Below are positions 26,143 through 35,156 of a stretch of 42,426 nucleotides of DNA, piece after piece. Each line of letters opens with the position of its first letter. Within the stretch, counting starts at the first letter, position 1. The stretch covers positions 1 through 42,426 of the IMG/VR virus record IMGVR_UViG_3300027969_000177; one strand, written 5' to 3'. The notes under the pieces were generated by a model. The model saw nothing but the letters and a program-made list of their open reading frames with translations, did no database searches and was not told where the DNA came from. The translations under genes and the position numbers were made by a program. This DNA is from a virus. Lineage: Duplodnaviria > Caudoviricetes.

Positions 26143-27587
26143 ACTCAGGCGCACACAATGCAGATGTGCGCATAGCAACGACAAACGCGCGCAAGATCCA
26201 AGCGGCACTGCGCTTAGGTATTGACGCCAAGCGCGTTATTGCTGCCTATCGTCGCACCAACCCTCATTCATCTAACAAGCCTGCTCAAGATCGCGCCAGA
26301 GCCAGATCATGGGCTTTGCTTAATATGAGAATAAACAATGAGCCATTGCTTGAGGTGCTGCAAAAGACTTGGGCAGACGGTTTTGTGTTGGGTGAGGCGT
26401 TTGGAGATGACCAAATAACACGCGCGCGCGAAGCAAAAAAGGCTGCTCAGGATTATGTTGATTGGGATAACTGGAAGCCTGGTGATGCTGCAACCGCAAC
26501 ACTACTCAGACCGCCAAGAGCATTCCAAGATCTATTAAGCAGAGCAAGAGTCACAATTAAGGATCTTGACCAGACAGGGTACGACAGAGTAGGCACTGCG
26601 CTGGCTGACAGTATTGAACAGGGACTATCTGACACGCGTGCTGCAAGACTTATTAATGATGCGATTGGATCTCCCAGCAGAGCGCTATCTATCGCTATCA
26701 CTGAAACTAACCGCGCAATGTCCTACGGGGCTATCAGCCGATACAAAGCAGGCAACCTTGAGCAAATGGAATGGGAGACTTCAGACCCTTGCCCGCAGTG
26801 TGCAATGAACAGCAACGCGGTAGTGAACATAGGCTCAACATTCCCGTCAGGTGCAGAAATGCCACCTGCTCACCCTCATTGTCGCTGCGCACTCTTGCCT
26901 GTCATTCCTGAGTTTGAAACAGATGAAAATGGCGTGGTGGATGTTGCACCTAAGCCTGTGAATTATCGTGAATTCCCTGAAAGAGAAGAACGTAAAGAGT
27001 TCCAAAAATTCCAACTTGAAGATCAAAAGTTTATTGACCTTGCCTTCAAACCTGACAGCGCGCGCCTTAGAACAGAGGAATTTTACGCTTTAACTGAATA
27101 CAAAGGTTTTGGTTACAGCAAAATAAATCAATTTGCTCGCACAGGCGAACTTACAGGGGTGCTTGACCCTGCCCCATTGATAGCGCAAACTAAAAAGCAC
27201 ATTGCAGCAATAGACAGGGTAATGAAGGTTGCGCCACCTTTGCCTGAGCCAATTACGACTTACAGGGTGGTTGGTCAAGGCAAATTATCTACTCAAATAG
27301 ATGACCTGTTTATGGATCTAAAGCCAGGTGACGTTTGGATGGACACAGGTTACTCATCTACAAGCCTAAGCAAAGAATTTGTTGAAAACTTTAGACCAGA
27401 CGGAAAAGGCTGGATGATTAAGGTTGAAAACCCAGCAGGCACAAGAGGTGTAATGTTAGACGGTCTGCTGGGCAAAGCGGAACAAGCCAACTTTGAAGAC
27501 GAATGGTTGTTGCCAAGGGGTACCAAATTTGAGGTAATACAGACTGATGCAAGCAGCAGAACTATGAGAGTAAGGGTGAAGCAATGA
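26139..27587 (+). CDS. MuF/SPP1 gp7-like head protein fused to a VIP2/C3-type ADP-ribosyltransferase domain
   Basis: RA..IAITE..RA, CPQC, PPAHPHCRC; then Y..IN...R, YRVV, YSSTS, EDEWLLPRG. Confidence 0.9.
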   Translation: MNSGAHNADVRIATTNARKIQAALRLGIDAKRVIAAYRRTNPHSSNKPAQDRARARSWALLNMRINNEPLLEVLQKTWADGFVLGEAFGDDQITRAREAKKAAQDYVDWDNWKPGDAATATLLRPPRAFQDLLSRARVTIKDLDQTGYDRVGTALADSIEQGLSDTRAARLINDAIGSPSRALSIAITETNRAMSYGAISRYKAGNLEQMEWETSDPCPQCAMNSNAVVNIGSTFPSGAEMPPAHPHCRCALLPVIPEFETDENGVVDVAPKPVNYREFPEREERKEFQKFQLEDQKFIDLAFKPDSARLRTEEFYALTEYKGFGYSKINQFARTGELTGVLDPAPLIAQTKKHIAAIDRVMKVAPPLPEPITTYRVVGQGKLSTQIDDLFMDLKPGDVWMDTGYSSTSLSKEFVENFRPDGKGWMIKVENPAGTRGVMLDGLLGKAEQANFEDEWLLPRGTKFEVIQTDASSRTMRVRVKQ

Positions 27588-27730
27588 GCAAAAAGAACTT
27601 CATAATGAACGATGTCAAAGGCATCATTGTGATAAAAAAGGGCGGCAAGGCAACCCCTGAGTCTGCTAAAGTTACGAAGAGCCTTGAGGAAGCATTGGCT
27701 GACGTCAAGTTAGAATGGATTGAGGAATAA
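27584..27730 (+). CDS. 48-aa hypothetical protein after MuF-ART
   Basis: Own translation MSKKNFIMNDVKGII...; ATGA overlap. Confidence 0.5.
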   Translation: MSKKNFIMNDVKGIIVIKKGGKATPESAKVTKSLEEALADVKLEWIEE

Positions 27731-27731
27731 C

Positions 27732-28013
27732 ATGGCATTCAAGCACATCAACGCAAGCACACTAACGACAGTGTCAATTCTGCATCAAGTGGATCAAAAT
27801 GCTAGACCGCAAACCCCAATCACAGTGTACAACGGTCACAGTGCAGCAATCTTTATTGGAGACGCAAGCATTGCTACGTCAGGTGCAACTATTGGGCGCA
27901 CGATCCCAACGGCAACATCACAAACATTTTATGCAAGCGCTGGCGAGACTATCTACGCAATTTCAGCAGCAGCATCAGCAGCAGGCGCAATCGTTCTAAC
28001 CTACTCAGCGTAA
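27732..28013 (+). CDS. Small probable virion protein
   Basis: GAGG RBS; Ala/Thr-rich beta-type sequence in the head module. Confidence 0.6.
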   Translation: MAFKHINASTLTTVSILHQVDQNARPQTPITVYNGHSAAIFIGDASIATSGATIGRTIPTATSQTFYASAGETIYAISAAASAAGAIVLTYSA

Positions 28014-28023
28014 CGGAGAAATC

Positions 28024-29472
28024 ATGTCTAACTTAACAACAGCATTTTTTGGTATTGAAAAGGCTGACCGCAACGCAGACGGAACAATGACTGTGTACGG
28101 CAAGGCAACCGATGACAGCATTGACATTGATCAACAGATCTGTGACGGTGATTGGTTAGACCGCGCAATGCCACACTGGTTCAAATCAGGCGGCAACATC
28201 AGAGAACAGCACAGCAACATTGCAGCAGGCGTGGCTACAGATTACGAAGCAAAATCAGACGGGCATTACATTTCTGCACTTGTGGTAGATCCTGTATCAG
28301 TCAAAAAGGTTGAGACAGGCGTACTCAAGGGCTTCAGTATCGGGATTAAGAACCCGCGCGTTACACGCGACAAATCAGCAATGAACGGGCGTATTGTTGA
28401 CGGTCAAATCGTTGAAGTTAGCCTTGTGGATCGTCCAGCAAATCCAAACTGCCAGTTGGTTCTGGCTAAGTCTGCATCAGGCGATGAGACAGTGGTTCAA
28501 GTTGAAGACCTGATTGAAGCAGAAGTATTACAATCAGACATGACCGCAGAAAAGGAAACTCCAATGGCAGACACAATCTCAGTACCAAAGTCCATTGTGG
28601 GCGACATTTTGAAGTTTGACAAAGTTCAATTTGAAGCAGCGCGCGACGCACTCGCAAATCTTGTTCAAGTTGAAGCAGGCGAAATGAAAGAAGGAAGCAA
28701 TGAGATCCAATCTATTGCTCACCTACTTGAAGCAATTAGCCACTTACACGCTTGGTATGAGGGCGAAGAAGCAGAGGGAGAAGTCATGGAAGAGTCAATC
28801 GAATTAGCAGCAGCACCAGAAGAAGAAATGTGCGCAAATTGCAACAAGTCTGAAAAAATGTGCAAATGCGAAGGCGGATACAAAGCCACAAAGAAAAACG
28901 TCACACAGGACACAGCAGCAGAAGGCGCTGAGAGCCTAATTGTTGAAGAAAAGTCAGCAACAATGGACAAGTGCCTTGAGTGCGGTTGCCACCGTCCAGA
29001 AGAAACACACGGACAGGTAGACGTTTCAACAGCCGACATGGTTGCACCGACTGAAACACCTAAATCTGCTGAAGCAGAAGAGGTAGTTGCAGAAGAAGCA
29101 ACTGAAGAAGAAGCAACAGATAATTCTGCTGACGATAAGCCAGCAGATCTTAATGCCATAGTAGAGCAAGTGGTAGAAAGCGCAACAAAAGCACTCAAAT
29201 CGGAGATTGCTTCGCTTGTCGCTGCAAAAGAGGCAGCACAGGAGAAAGCAGTGGGGTTGGAGACTGAGTTAGCACAAGCCAAATCTCTCGCAGTGGCGGG
29301 TGGTCCAAAGCGCACAGCACGTCCATTAGGTGGAACATCTAATGAACTTGTGCTCAAAGCGGCAACCTACAAAGCGAAAGCAAATGCAGCAACAGACCCA
29401 GACCTTGCGAAAGGTTACAAGGCATTAGCGGATAAGTTTTACGCTGAAGCCACTGAAACCTTAAACAAGTAA
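28024..29472 (+). CDS. Prohead protease with fused scaffold-like region
   Basis: VYGKAT...D.DQQ, IREQH, LKGFSIG, EVSLVDRPANP; acidic and coiled-coil C-terminus. Confidence 0.88.
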   Translation: MSNLTTAFFGIEKADRNADGTMTVYGKATDDSIDIDQQICDGDWLDRAMPHWFKSGGNIREQHSNIAAGVATDYEAKSDGHYISALVVDPVSVKKVETGVLKGFSIGIKNPRVTRDKSAMNGRIVDGQIVEVSLVDRPANPNCQLVLAKSASGDETVVQVEDLIEAEVLQSDMTAEKETPMADTISVPKSIVGDILKFDKVQFEAARDALANLVQVEAGEMKEGSNEIQSIAHLLEAISHLHAWYEGEEAEGEVMEESIELAAAPEEEMCANCNKSEKMCKCEGGYKATKKNVTQDTAAEGAESLIVEEKSATMDKCLECGCHRPEETHGQVDVSTADMVAPTETPKSAEAEEVVAEEATEEEATDNSADDKPADLNAIVEQVVESATKALKSEIASLVAAKEAAQEKAVGLETELAQAKSLAVAGGPKRTARPLGGTSNELVLKAATYKAKANAATDPDLAKGYKALADKFYAEATETLNK

Positions 29473-29500
29473 ACCAAACCAACCGAAAGGAACCACAACT

Positions 29501-31162
29501 ATGGCTGAAATGCCACGCGCTAAAGATCTGTTTGACGGATCTAGCCCTGTTGAGGCTGCTGAACGTATGGACTCATACACTGCTGAACTCGGCAAGGCAT
29601 TGAGCAATGCGTCATCAGTTCCAGGACAGGCACCAACACCAGACGCTACTTCACAGTTAGAGGCACTTGCATCAAACAAGTCACTCTCACCTGAAGCAGC
29701 AGCAGGACTTCAGAATGCGCTATCAGCACAGCGTCTCGCTATGCAGGACATTCAGAAGGACATCACACTTACAAATCCACTTTCAACATCATTCGCAGCG
29801 TTTGACTTGGAAGCACCTTCAAAGTTGCTTACACCACGTCCAACACCTTTGCGTAACCGTATTCCACGCAAAAAGGGCGTAGGCACATCACACCGTGTCA
29901 AGCGTATTCTTGGATACACAGGTACAGGTACAGGCGGAGTCGGAAACACATGGCCAGGTATCACTGAAACCACAACAACTGCGTTTGGTTCAATCAACTA
30001 TGAGCGTGGTCCAAAGATCTCGTACTCAGCAGATGATTTAGTACTGCCTTACAACTCATACTCACTATCTGACTCAGTATCATTCGATGCTAATTTCTCA
30101 GGTATGGGTTATCAGGATCTACGCCAGTTGTCATCAACTTCAACTCTATACGCAACAATGCTTATGGAAGAGCGCATGATGCTTATGGCTCGCGGTACAG
30201 CAAGCGGATACTCAGGCGCACTTGCTGCACCTGTATTCACAAAGGCTTCACCAGCAGCGTCAGGTTCACAGGTTGCACTTGCCGCAAACACTTACTACAT
30301 CAACCTCACAACTGATGCTGGTATTTCTGCTAACGGCTTTGGTGAGTCAATCCTTACTGCTCAGGTGTCAGAGACAGTTGCTTCAGGCGATGTTCTTACA
30401 ATCACTGTTTCAACACCAGTCACAGGCGCACTTGGTTACAACATCTACGTTGGAACTGCATCTGGAAACGTCACATATCAGGGAACACTCAAGGGAACAG
30501 GTACATTCACCATTCAGGGTGCAGGTACAACTGGTCTTACAGGTAACAACGCGGCATACAGCACAACAGGTGCATCTGCTGCGCGCGCTACAGCAGATAC
30601 TTCTGCTTACGCAACTGGTTATGACGGTATCTTGCCTACAGTTCTTGGTCCAAACACAGGCTTCAACAACGCAATCAACTCTGCTTTCTCTACCTCTAAC
30701 CCAGGTGTGGAATTCCAGTCAGTGTTTGCTGGTCTGTACCAGAACGTAAAGGCTGATCCAGATATGGTTCTAATGAACGGAAATGACCGCAAGCAACTCT
30801 CAGACGCGATCAAGAACGGTTCAACAGCGAACTACCGTCTAACAATTGATAACCCAGGAACAGGCGGAACCACATACGGTTCAATCGTGACTGGTCTTCA
30901 GAACGAAGTAACAGGCAAGTCTGTTGAGATCGTGGTTCACCCATGGCTCAACTCAGGCGTTGCTCCAGTGCTTTCATTCACACTTCCAATCCCTGATACT
31001 GAGGTATCAGATGTTTGGTCAAACTTCTTGGTACAGGACTACATGGGTATCCAGTGGCCAGTAACTCAGTTTGCGTATGAATTCAGCACATACTTCCGTG
31101 GCACATTCTTCTGTACTGCTCCAGCATGGAACGGTGCAGTATCAGGAATTGTCTCTGCTTAA
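29501..31162 (+). CDS. Major capsid protein
   Basis: Follows the protease; FDLEAP...TPLRNRIPR; strong GAAAGGA RBS; biased codon usage; downstream hairpin. Confidence 0.85.
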   Translation: MAEMPRAKDLFDGSSPVEAAERMDSYTAELGKALSNASSVPGQAPTPDATSQLEALASNKSLSPEAAAGLQNALSAQRLAMQDIQKDITLTNPLSTSFAAFDLEAPSKLLTPRPTPLRNRIPRKKGVGTSHRVKRILGYTGTGTGGVGNTWPGITETTTTAFGSINYERGPKISYSADDLVLPYNSYSLSDSVSFDANFSGMGYQDLRQLSSTSTLYATMLMEERMMLMARGTASGYSGALAAPVFTKASPAASGSQVALAANTYYINLTTDAGISANGFGESILTAQVSETVASGDVLTITVSTPVTGALGYNIYVGTASGNVTYQGTLKGTGTFTIQGAGTTGLTGNNAAYSTTGASAARATADTSAYATGYDGILPTVLGPNTGFNNAINSAFSTSNPGVEFQSVFAGLYQNVKADPDMVLMNGNDRKQLSDAIKNGSTANYRLTIDNPGTGGTTYGSIVTGLQNEVTGKSVEIVVHPWLNSGVAPVLSFTLPIPDTEVSDVWSNFLVQDYMGIQWPVTQFAYEFSTYFRGTFFCTAPAWNGAVSGIVSA

Positions 31163-31182
31163 TAACTGAATAAATAGGGCAA

Positions 31183-31216
31183 TGAGGGGATCGTTCGCAC
31201 GTGGACGATCCCCTCA
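31183..31216 (+). terminator. Hairpin after the capsid gene (terminator/stabiliser)
   Basis: TGAGGGGATCGT / ACGATCCCCTCA perfect 12-bp stem; weak U-tract. Confidence 0.7.
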
Positions 31217-31237
31217 CTTAATTAGAGAGGGCGAACA

Positions 31238-31513
31238 ATGGCAAGAATGGTCGCACCTGATAAGGGTGTAAGAGAAACTGAAGTCAATGGGCGTTTATAC
31301 AAGCCTGATCGCAGCGGGATCTACAACGTAGACAGCCCAAGTGCAGCAAGAGCAATGAAGGCTGAAGGATTTTTTGAAGCAGCGCTCAATCCAGTGGACT
31401 CAAGAGACAGCGCACGTGGATTTAACTGCGTAGAATGTGGCTTTGGATCTTGGTTTCGTAAATGTTCGCGTTGCGGGCATGAAAATGGAACGCCAGAGCG
31501 AGACGGAGAATAA
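31238..31513 (+). CDS. Hypothetical protein with C-terminal zinc ribbon
   Basis: CVECG...CSRCG. Confidence 0.7.
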   Translation: MARMVAPDKGVRETEVNGRLYKPDRSGIYNVDSPSAARAMKAEGFFEAALNPVDSRDSARGFNCVECGFGSWFRKCSRCGHENGTPERDGE

Positions 31514-31515
31514 CA

Positions 31516-32403
31516 ATGGCTGTCGGTATTACTTCTGATACGACTGACGAGAATGCGTATATAACGGTTGCTGAATTTAAGAACGCACCAACTTCATTAG
31601 ACATAAACAGCCTAGTGGTTGGCGGTAATCAAATCGCTCAAGACGCTGAATTGGCAAACGTAATTACGCGCGCCTGTTCGTATATGAACGAATACCTCAA
31701 TCAAAATCTTGTTGCCAACCGATACACTGAAACACAGCGAGTGCGCGTAAATAATCAGGGCTATCTTGCGCTGCACCCAAACAATAATCCAATCATTGCT
31801 TTGGAGTCTCTGTTGTACGGTGCAACCCCAAATAATCTTCAAACCCTTACGGATCCTTCTCAGTGCTGGTTTGAGCCTCAGCAAGTGCTTGTGCCGCTAG
31901 GTCAAATGGCTAACACCTATTCAAGCGCTGGTCCACTCTCATTTGGCGGGTGGGCAACACGCCAGCAACTATTTACTAAATACACTTATGTTTCAGGCTA
32001 CGTCAATACAACAATCCTCACGGCAACGGCTGCTGCAACCTCACTTACCGTTGCCAGTGGAATTGGAATTTTGGCTGGTCAATCACTTCACATTTACGAC
32101 GGCGGATTGTCGGAGACTGTGACTGTTGCTTCAACCTACGTTTACGGATCCACTACTGTTCCTTTGACCTCAGCGCTGCTTTACAGCCACCTTGCGGGGG
32201 TTGCCATAGGAAATCTACCAACAGCAATCAAACAGGCTGCAATCCTTGTTACAACGGCTTTCTTGCGTATTCGTGGAGACAAGTCCAACACAATGCAGAT
32301 TACATCACGCGCTCAAGGCAGCGAGATCAACGGTATGTCTCGCTACGGGTCTGACGTTCAACTTGCCCTTGACATGGTCAATCTGTACCGCAGGGTTCGC
32401 TAA
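31516..32403 (+). CDS. Head-tail adaptor/connector
   Basis: AYITVAEFK...; LP.AIKQAAIL; position after the capsid gene. Confidence 0.7.
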   Translation: MAVGITSDTTDENAYITVAEFKNAPTSLDINSLVVGGNQIAQDAELANVITRACSYMNEYLNQNLVANRYTETQRVRVNNQGYLALHPNNNPIIALESLLYGATPNNLQTLTDPSQCWFEPQQVLVPLGQMANTYSSAGPLSFGGWATRQQLFTKYTYVSGYVNTTILTATAAATSLTVASGIGILAGQSLHIYDGGLSETVTVASTYVYGSTTVPLTSALLYSHLAGVAIGNLPTAIKQAAILVTTAFLRIRGDKSNTMQITSRAQGSEINGMSRYGSDVQLALDMVNLYRRVR

Positions 32404-32891
32404 TGGCGGGGCGCACAGGCGTACGCGCTACTTTGTACAATTTTTTGATGACGCCACCTATCCAAAATTTGAACCAACTGTTTGTGTCTTTTCCTAAGCG
32501 AATTGACTTCAACGTAAACACAGTGGCAGGTGAATTGGATCGGGCTGCTGGCATTATTTTTATTGCTTCAGAAAAAGAAAGCCGCATTGCTATTGGCGGG
32601 GCTACCAACGGTATCAAGCGCGTTGATTACACAATTATTCTTCAGATCTATCAGCATTCATTTGGTCGTGAGGCTCAAGACGCAATGACCAGTTTTGACA
32701 CGTTGATTGACAACATCAAAACACGTCTGCGCTCAGATCACAGATTTGGCGACACAAACGGAACTCTTGTTTGGCAAGGCGCAGAACCAGCGATCACAAC
32801 CCGCTACGGTGAGCCTTCCACGGCTGAAGAAGGCATGACGGAGACGTATGCTGAGGTAGAATTTGAAGTCACAGAAATGATCCACGCTTAG
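32403..32891 (+). CDS. Tail terminator/completion protein
   Basis: Size and position before the tail tube gene. Confidence 0.6.
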   Translation: MAGRTGVRATLYNFLMTPPIQNLNQLFVSFPKRIDFNVNTVAGELDRAAGIIFIASEKESRIAIGGATNGIKRVDYTIILQIYQHSFGREAQDAMTSFDTLIDNIKTRLRSDHRFGDTNGTLVWQGAEPAITTRYGEPSTAEEGMTETYAEVEFEVTEMIHA

Positions 32892-32899
32892 GGAGAACC

Positions 32900-33079
32900 A
32901 TGAAGTACAAATACGAAGGTACAGATGTGCGCGTGTTCCCTACGCTGGGGATCACTGTGGCACCAGGCGATGAGTTTGAAGCACCTGAAAACTTTGACGT
33001 GCCTAACGTTGTACCGACAGGCGCAAAAAAATCAACAACAGCAACGTCTGCCGCGTCAGACACAACATTAGGAGAGTGA
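32900..33079 (+). CDS. Small hypothetical protein (59 aa)
   Basis: Own translation MKYKYEGTDVRVFPTLG...; GGGAG RBS. Confidence 0.6.
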   Translation: MKYKYEGTDVRVFPTLGITVAPGDEFEAPENFDVPNVVPTGAKKSTTATSAASDTTLGE

Positions 33080-33080
33080 A

Positions 33081-34067
33081 ATGTCAGTACAAAATAGCGT
33101 ACGCAGTTTTATAGGAATTGCGAAAGAGACAACAAAGGGAACTGCTGTTGCCCCAACAGATTACCTGCTTGTTCAAGCAGATAGCCTCAAACCAGCAGAC
33201 ATCATTGATCCACTGTACGACAACGGACTTCGTGGTTCGCTTGTTGAAAATTACAATTACATTCCAGGGCGCAGTCGTTCTACTTTTGACTTCAGTTCAT
33301 CAGCCTTTCCTGACGGAATTGGTTATGCGCTGACTGGCATTCTCGGATCTGTTTCAACAACAGGATCTTCTGCACCTTACACGCACACCATTTCTCTAAA
33401 GAACAGCCTAACTGCAGCAGCAGACGCTCAGCCACTCTCGTACACGCTTACTGACTTTTACGCAGCAGCAGTGCGCGCCTATCCAGGTGTTCAATTCACG
33501 GACTTTTCATTAAAGTTCAATGCTGACGGTCTACTTGAATATGATGCAAAGACAACAGGCTGGCTTTCAACAGCAGCCTCAACCCCAACACCTTCATTCA
33601 GCACAGTGCTTCCAACTCCAGTCTGGGCAGGCACAGTTTCAATCGGCGGTTCAACGGTAAGCAATGCTGTTGAGGGCGAAATTACTATGAAGCGACCAGT
33701 CACACCTGTTTACGGTATTGCCAACACGCAAAACCCTTACCAAGTATTTTTGGGCGCTTTGGAAACAGAAGGTAAGTTTACTTTCGCAATGGAAGACAAC
33801 ACAGAACTTACCCGCTACCTTTCAAACACTCAGCCAGCAATTGTGCTGAACTGGACACAGGGTTCAGGTGCATCACTAACTCAAATCCAAGCCACACTTA
33901 CAAAGGGTGCTTACACAGCAGCAGTGGTTGAGCGTGGAGATGACTACGTGCAGGTGTCTATTGAGTTAAACGCTCAAGGAAACACTACTGATGCAGGTTC
34001 ATCAGGCGGGTTCAGCAACATCAAGTGGGTACTTCAGAACGCTAAGGCGTCAGGTACTTACGCATAG
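33081..34067 (+). CDS. Major tail tube protein
   Basis: IGIAKETTKGTAVAPT N-terminus; followed by the chaperone and tape measure genes. Confidence 0.85.
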   Translation: MSVQNSVRSFIGIAKETTKGTAVAPTDYLLVQADSLKPADIIDPLYDNGLRGSLVENYNYIPGRSRSTFDFSSSAFPDGIGYALTGILGSVSTTGSSAPYTHTISLKNSLTAAADAQPLSYTLTDFYAAAVRAYPGVQFTDFSLKFNADGLLEYDAKTTGWLSTAASTPTPSFSTVLPTPVWAGTVSIGGSTVSNAVEGEITMKRPVTPVYGIANTQNPYQVFLGALETEGKFTFAMEDNTELTRYLSNTQPAIVLNWTQGSGASLTQIQATLTKGAYTAAVVERGDDYVQVSIELNAQGNTTDAGSSGGFSNIKWVLQNAKASGTYA

Positions 34068-34073
34068 ATCCAA

Positions 34074-34130
34074 GCATTGGGGTGGTCAGGTTGATTGTGA
34101 ATTGCCTTCCACAATCCCGCACCCCAATGC
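34074..34130 (+). terminator. Long bipartite hairpin after the tail tube gene
   Basis: GCATTGGGGTG / CACCCCAATGC outer stem; GATTGTG / CACAATC inner stem. Confidence 0.6.
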
Positions 34131-34169
34131 CCTATCTAGTATGATTTAACAAACGAATTAGGGGGCAAA

Positions 34170-34526
34170 ATGTCTAAAAAAATAACACTACCTTCAGGTG
34201 CAACTGTAACCCTGAAAGATCCTTCAACACTGCGCGTCAAAGATCGCAAGCGCATTATGCACGTCACAGATGAAACTACAGGTGGAGATCTGTCCAAAGC
34301 AATGGCGCTAACAGATGCTTTTCTTGCAATGCTGATTGAGGATTGGTCATTTGACCTTTTGATACCTTCAATCAAGATTGACACGCTTGGCGAATTGACT
34401 ATGAACGATTACGACACACTTGTTGATTTGACTCAAGACGCACAGCAATCCTTATTCCCAAAATTGGGGCAAAGTGAGGAAACAGAAAAAGACCCAAAAG
34501 CCCATACCGACAACTTGAACGCCTAA
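34170..34526 (+). CDS. Tail assembly chaperone (G)
   Basis: Position; slippery site near the 3' end. Confidence 0.8.
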   Translation: MSKKITLPSGATVTLKDPSTLRVKDRKRIMHVTDETTGGDLSKAMALTDAFLAMLIEDWSFDLLIPSIKIDTLGELTMNDYDTLVDLTQDAQQSLFPKLGQSEETEKDPKAHTDNLNA

Positions 34527-34720
34527 AATGGGTGCTTGCAGGGGGTCAAAGGCATGAAGATTTTGTTTACCCAGATGAACAGTTTTATTACTTTCAATTT
34601 GCCAGTCGGTTCGGGTGGACACCTGACCAAGTAGATGACCTACCTGCTGCAATGGCTGAATGGCTGTTAGCAATAGGATCTGTCGTTGATAGAGTGCAAG
34701 CAGAAAGATCGGAGATGTAA
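34493..34720 (+). CDS. Frameshifted extension of the tail chaperone (GT) via -1 slip at C CCA AAA
   Basis: CCCAAAA at 34493-34499; -1 frame open to 34720 with FGWTPDQVDDLP. Confidence 0.75.
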   Translation, partial: PKSPYRQLERLKWVLAGGQRHEDFVYPDEQFYYFQFASRFGWTPDQVDDLPAAMAEWLLAIGSVVDRVQAERSEM

Positions 34721-35154
34721 TGGGCGCAGTAGTTGTACGCAATCTCGCTCAGGTACTCGCTGGACTTGAAGTGCAGGAAGACAGACTTGAACGCGCTGCT
34801 CAAACCGCTATTGCAACTGCTGGTTTTGCTATTCAACGTGAAGCGCAAAAAAATGCTAACACGGGAACGCACAAAAAAGGTCAAGGTCACATTCCTGGGA
34901 CTGGTCCAGGTCCAAACGTAGTCACGGGCGCACTGCGAAGATCCATTAGGACTGACGTAAAATACGGGTTTGGGAATTACATTGCAGTTGTCGGGGCAAG
35001 CACAGAGTACGCAAGGGCTGTTGAATTAGGCTCACCAGTCTGGAAGAGTGGAGTAAAATACCCTTACCTAGCGCCTGCCGCTGAACAACTGATCCGCAAT
35101 GGATCTTTGAACAGAATTTTTACGGCAGCATTTCTTAAAGCAGTGAGGGGTTAG
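34720..35154 (+). CDS. HK97 gp10-like neck/tail component
   Basis: PNVVTGALRRSI, YARAVELG, YPYLAPA. Confidence 0.75.
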   Translation: MGAVVVRNLAQVLAGLEVQEDRLERAAQTAIATAGFAIQREAQKNANTGTHKKGQGHIPGTGPGPNVVTGALRRSIRTDVKYGFGNYIAVVGASTEYARAVELGSPVWKSGVKYPYLAPAAEQLIRNGSLNRIFTAAFLKAVRG

Positions 35155-35156
35155 CA

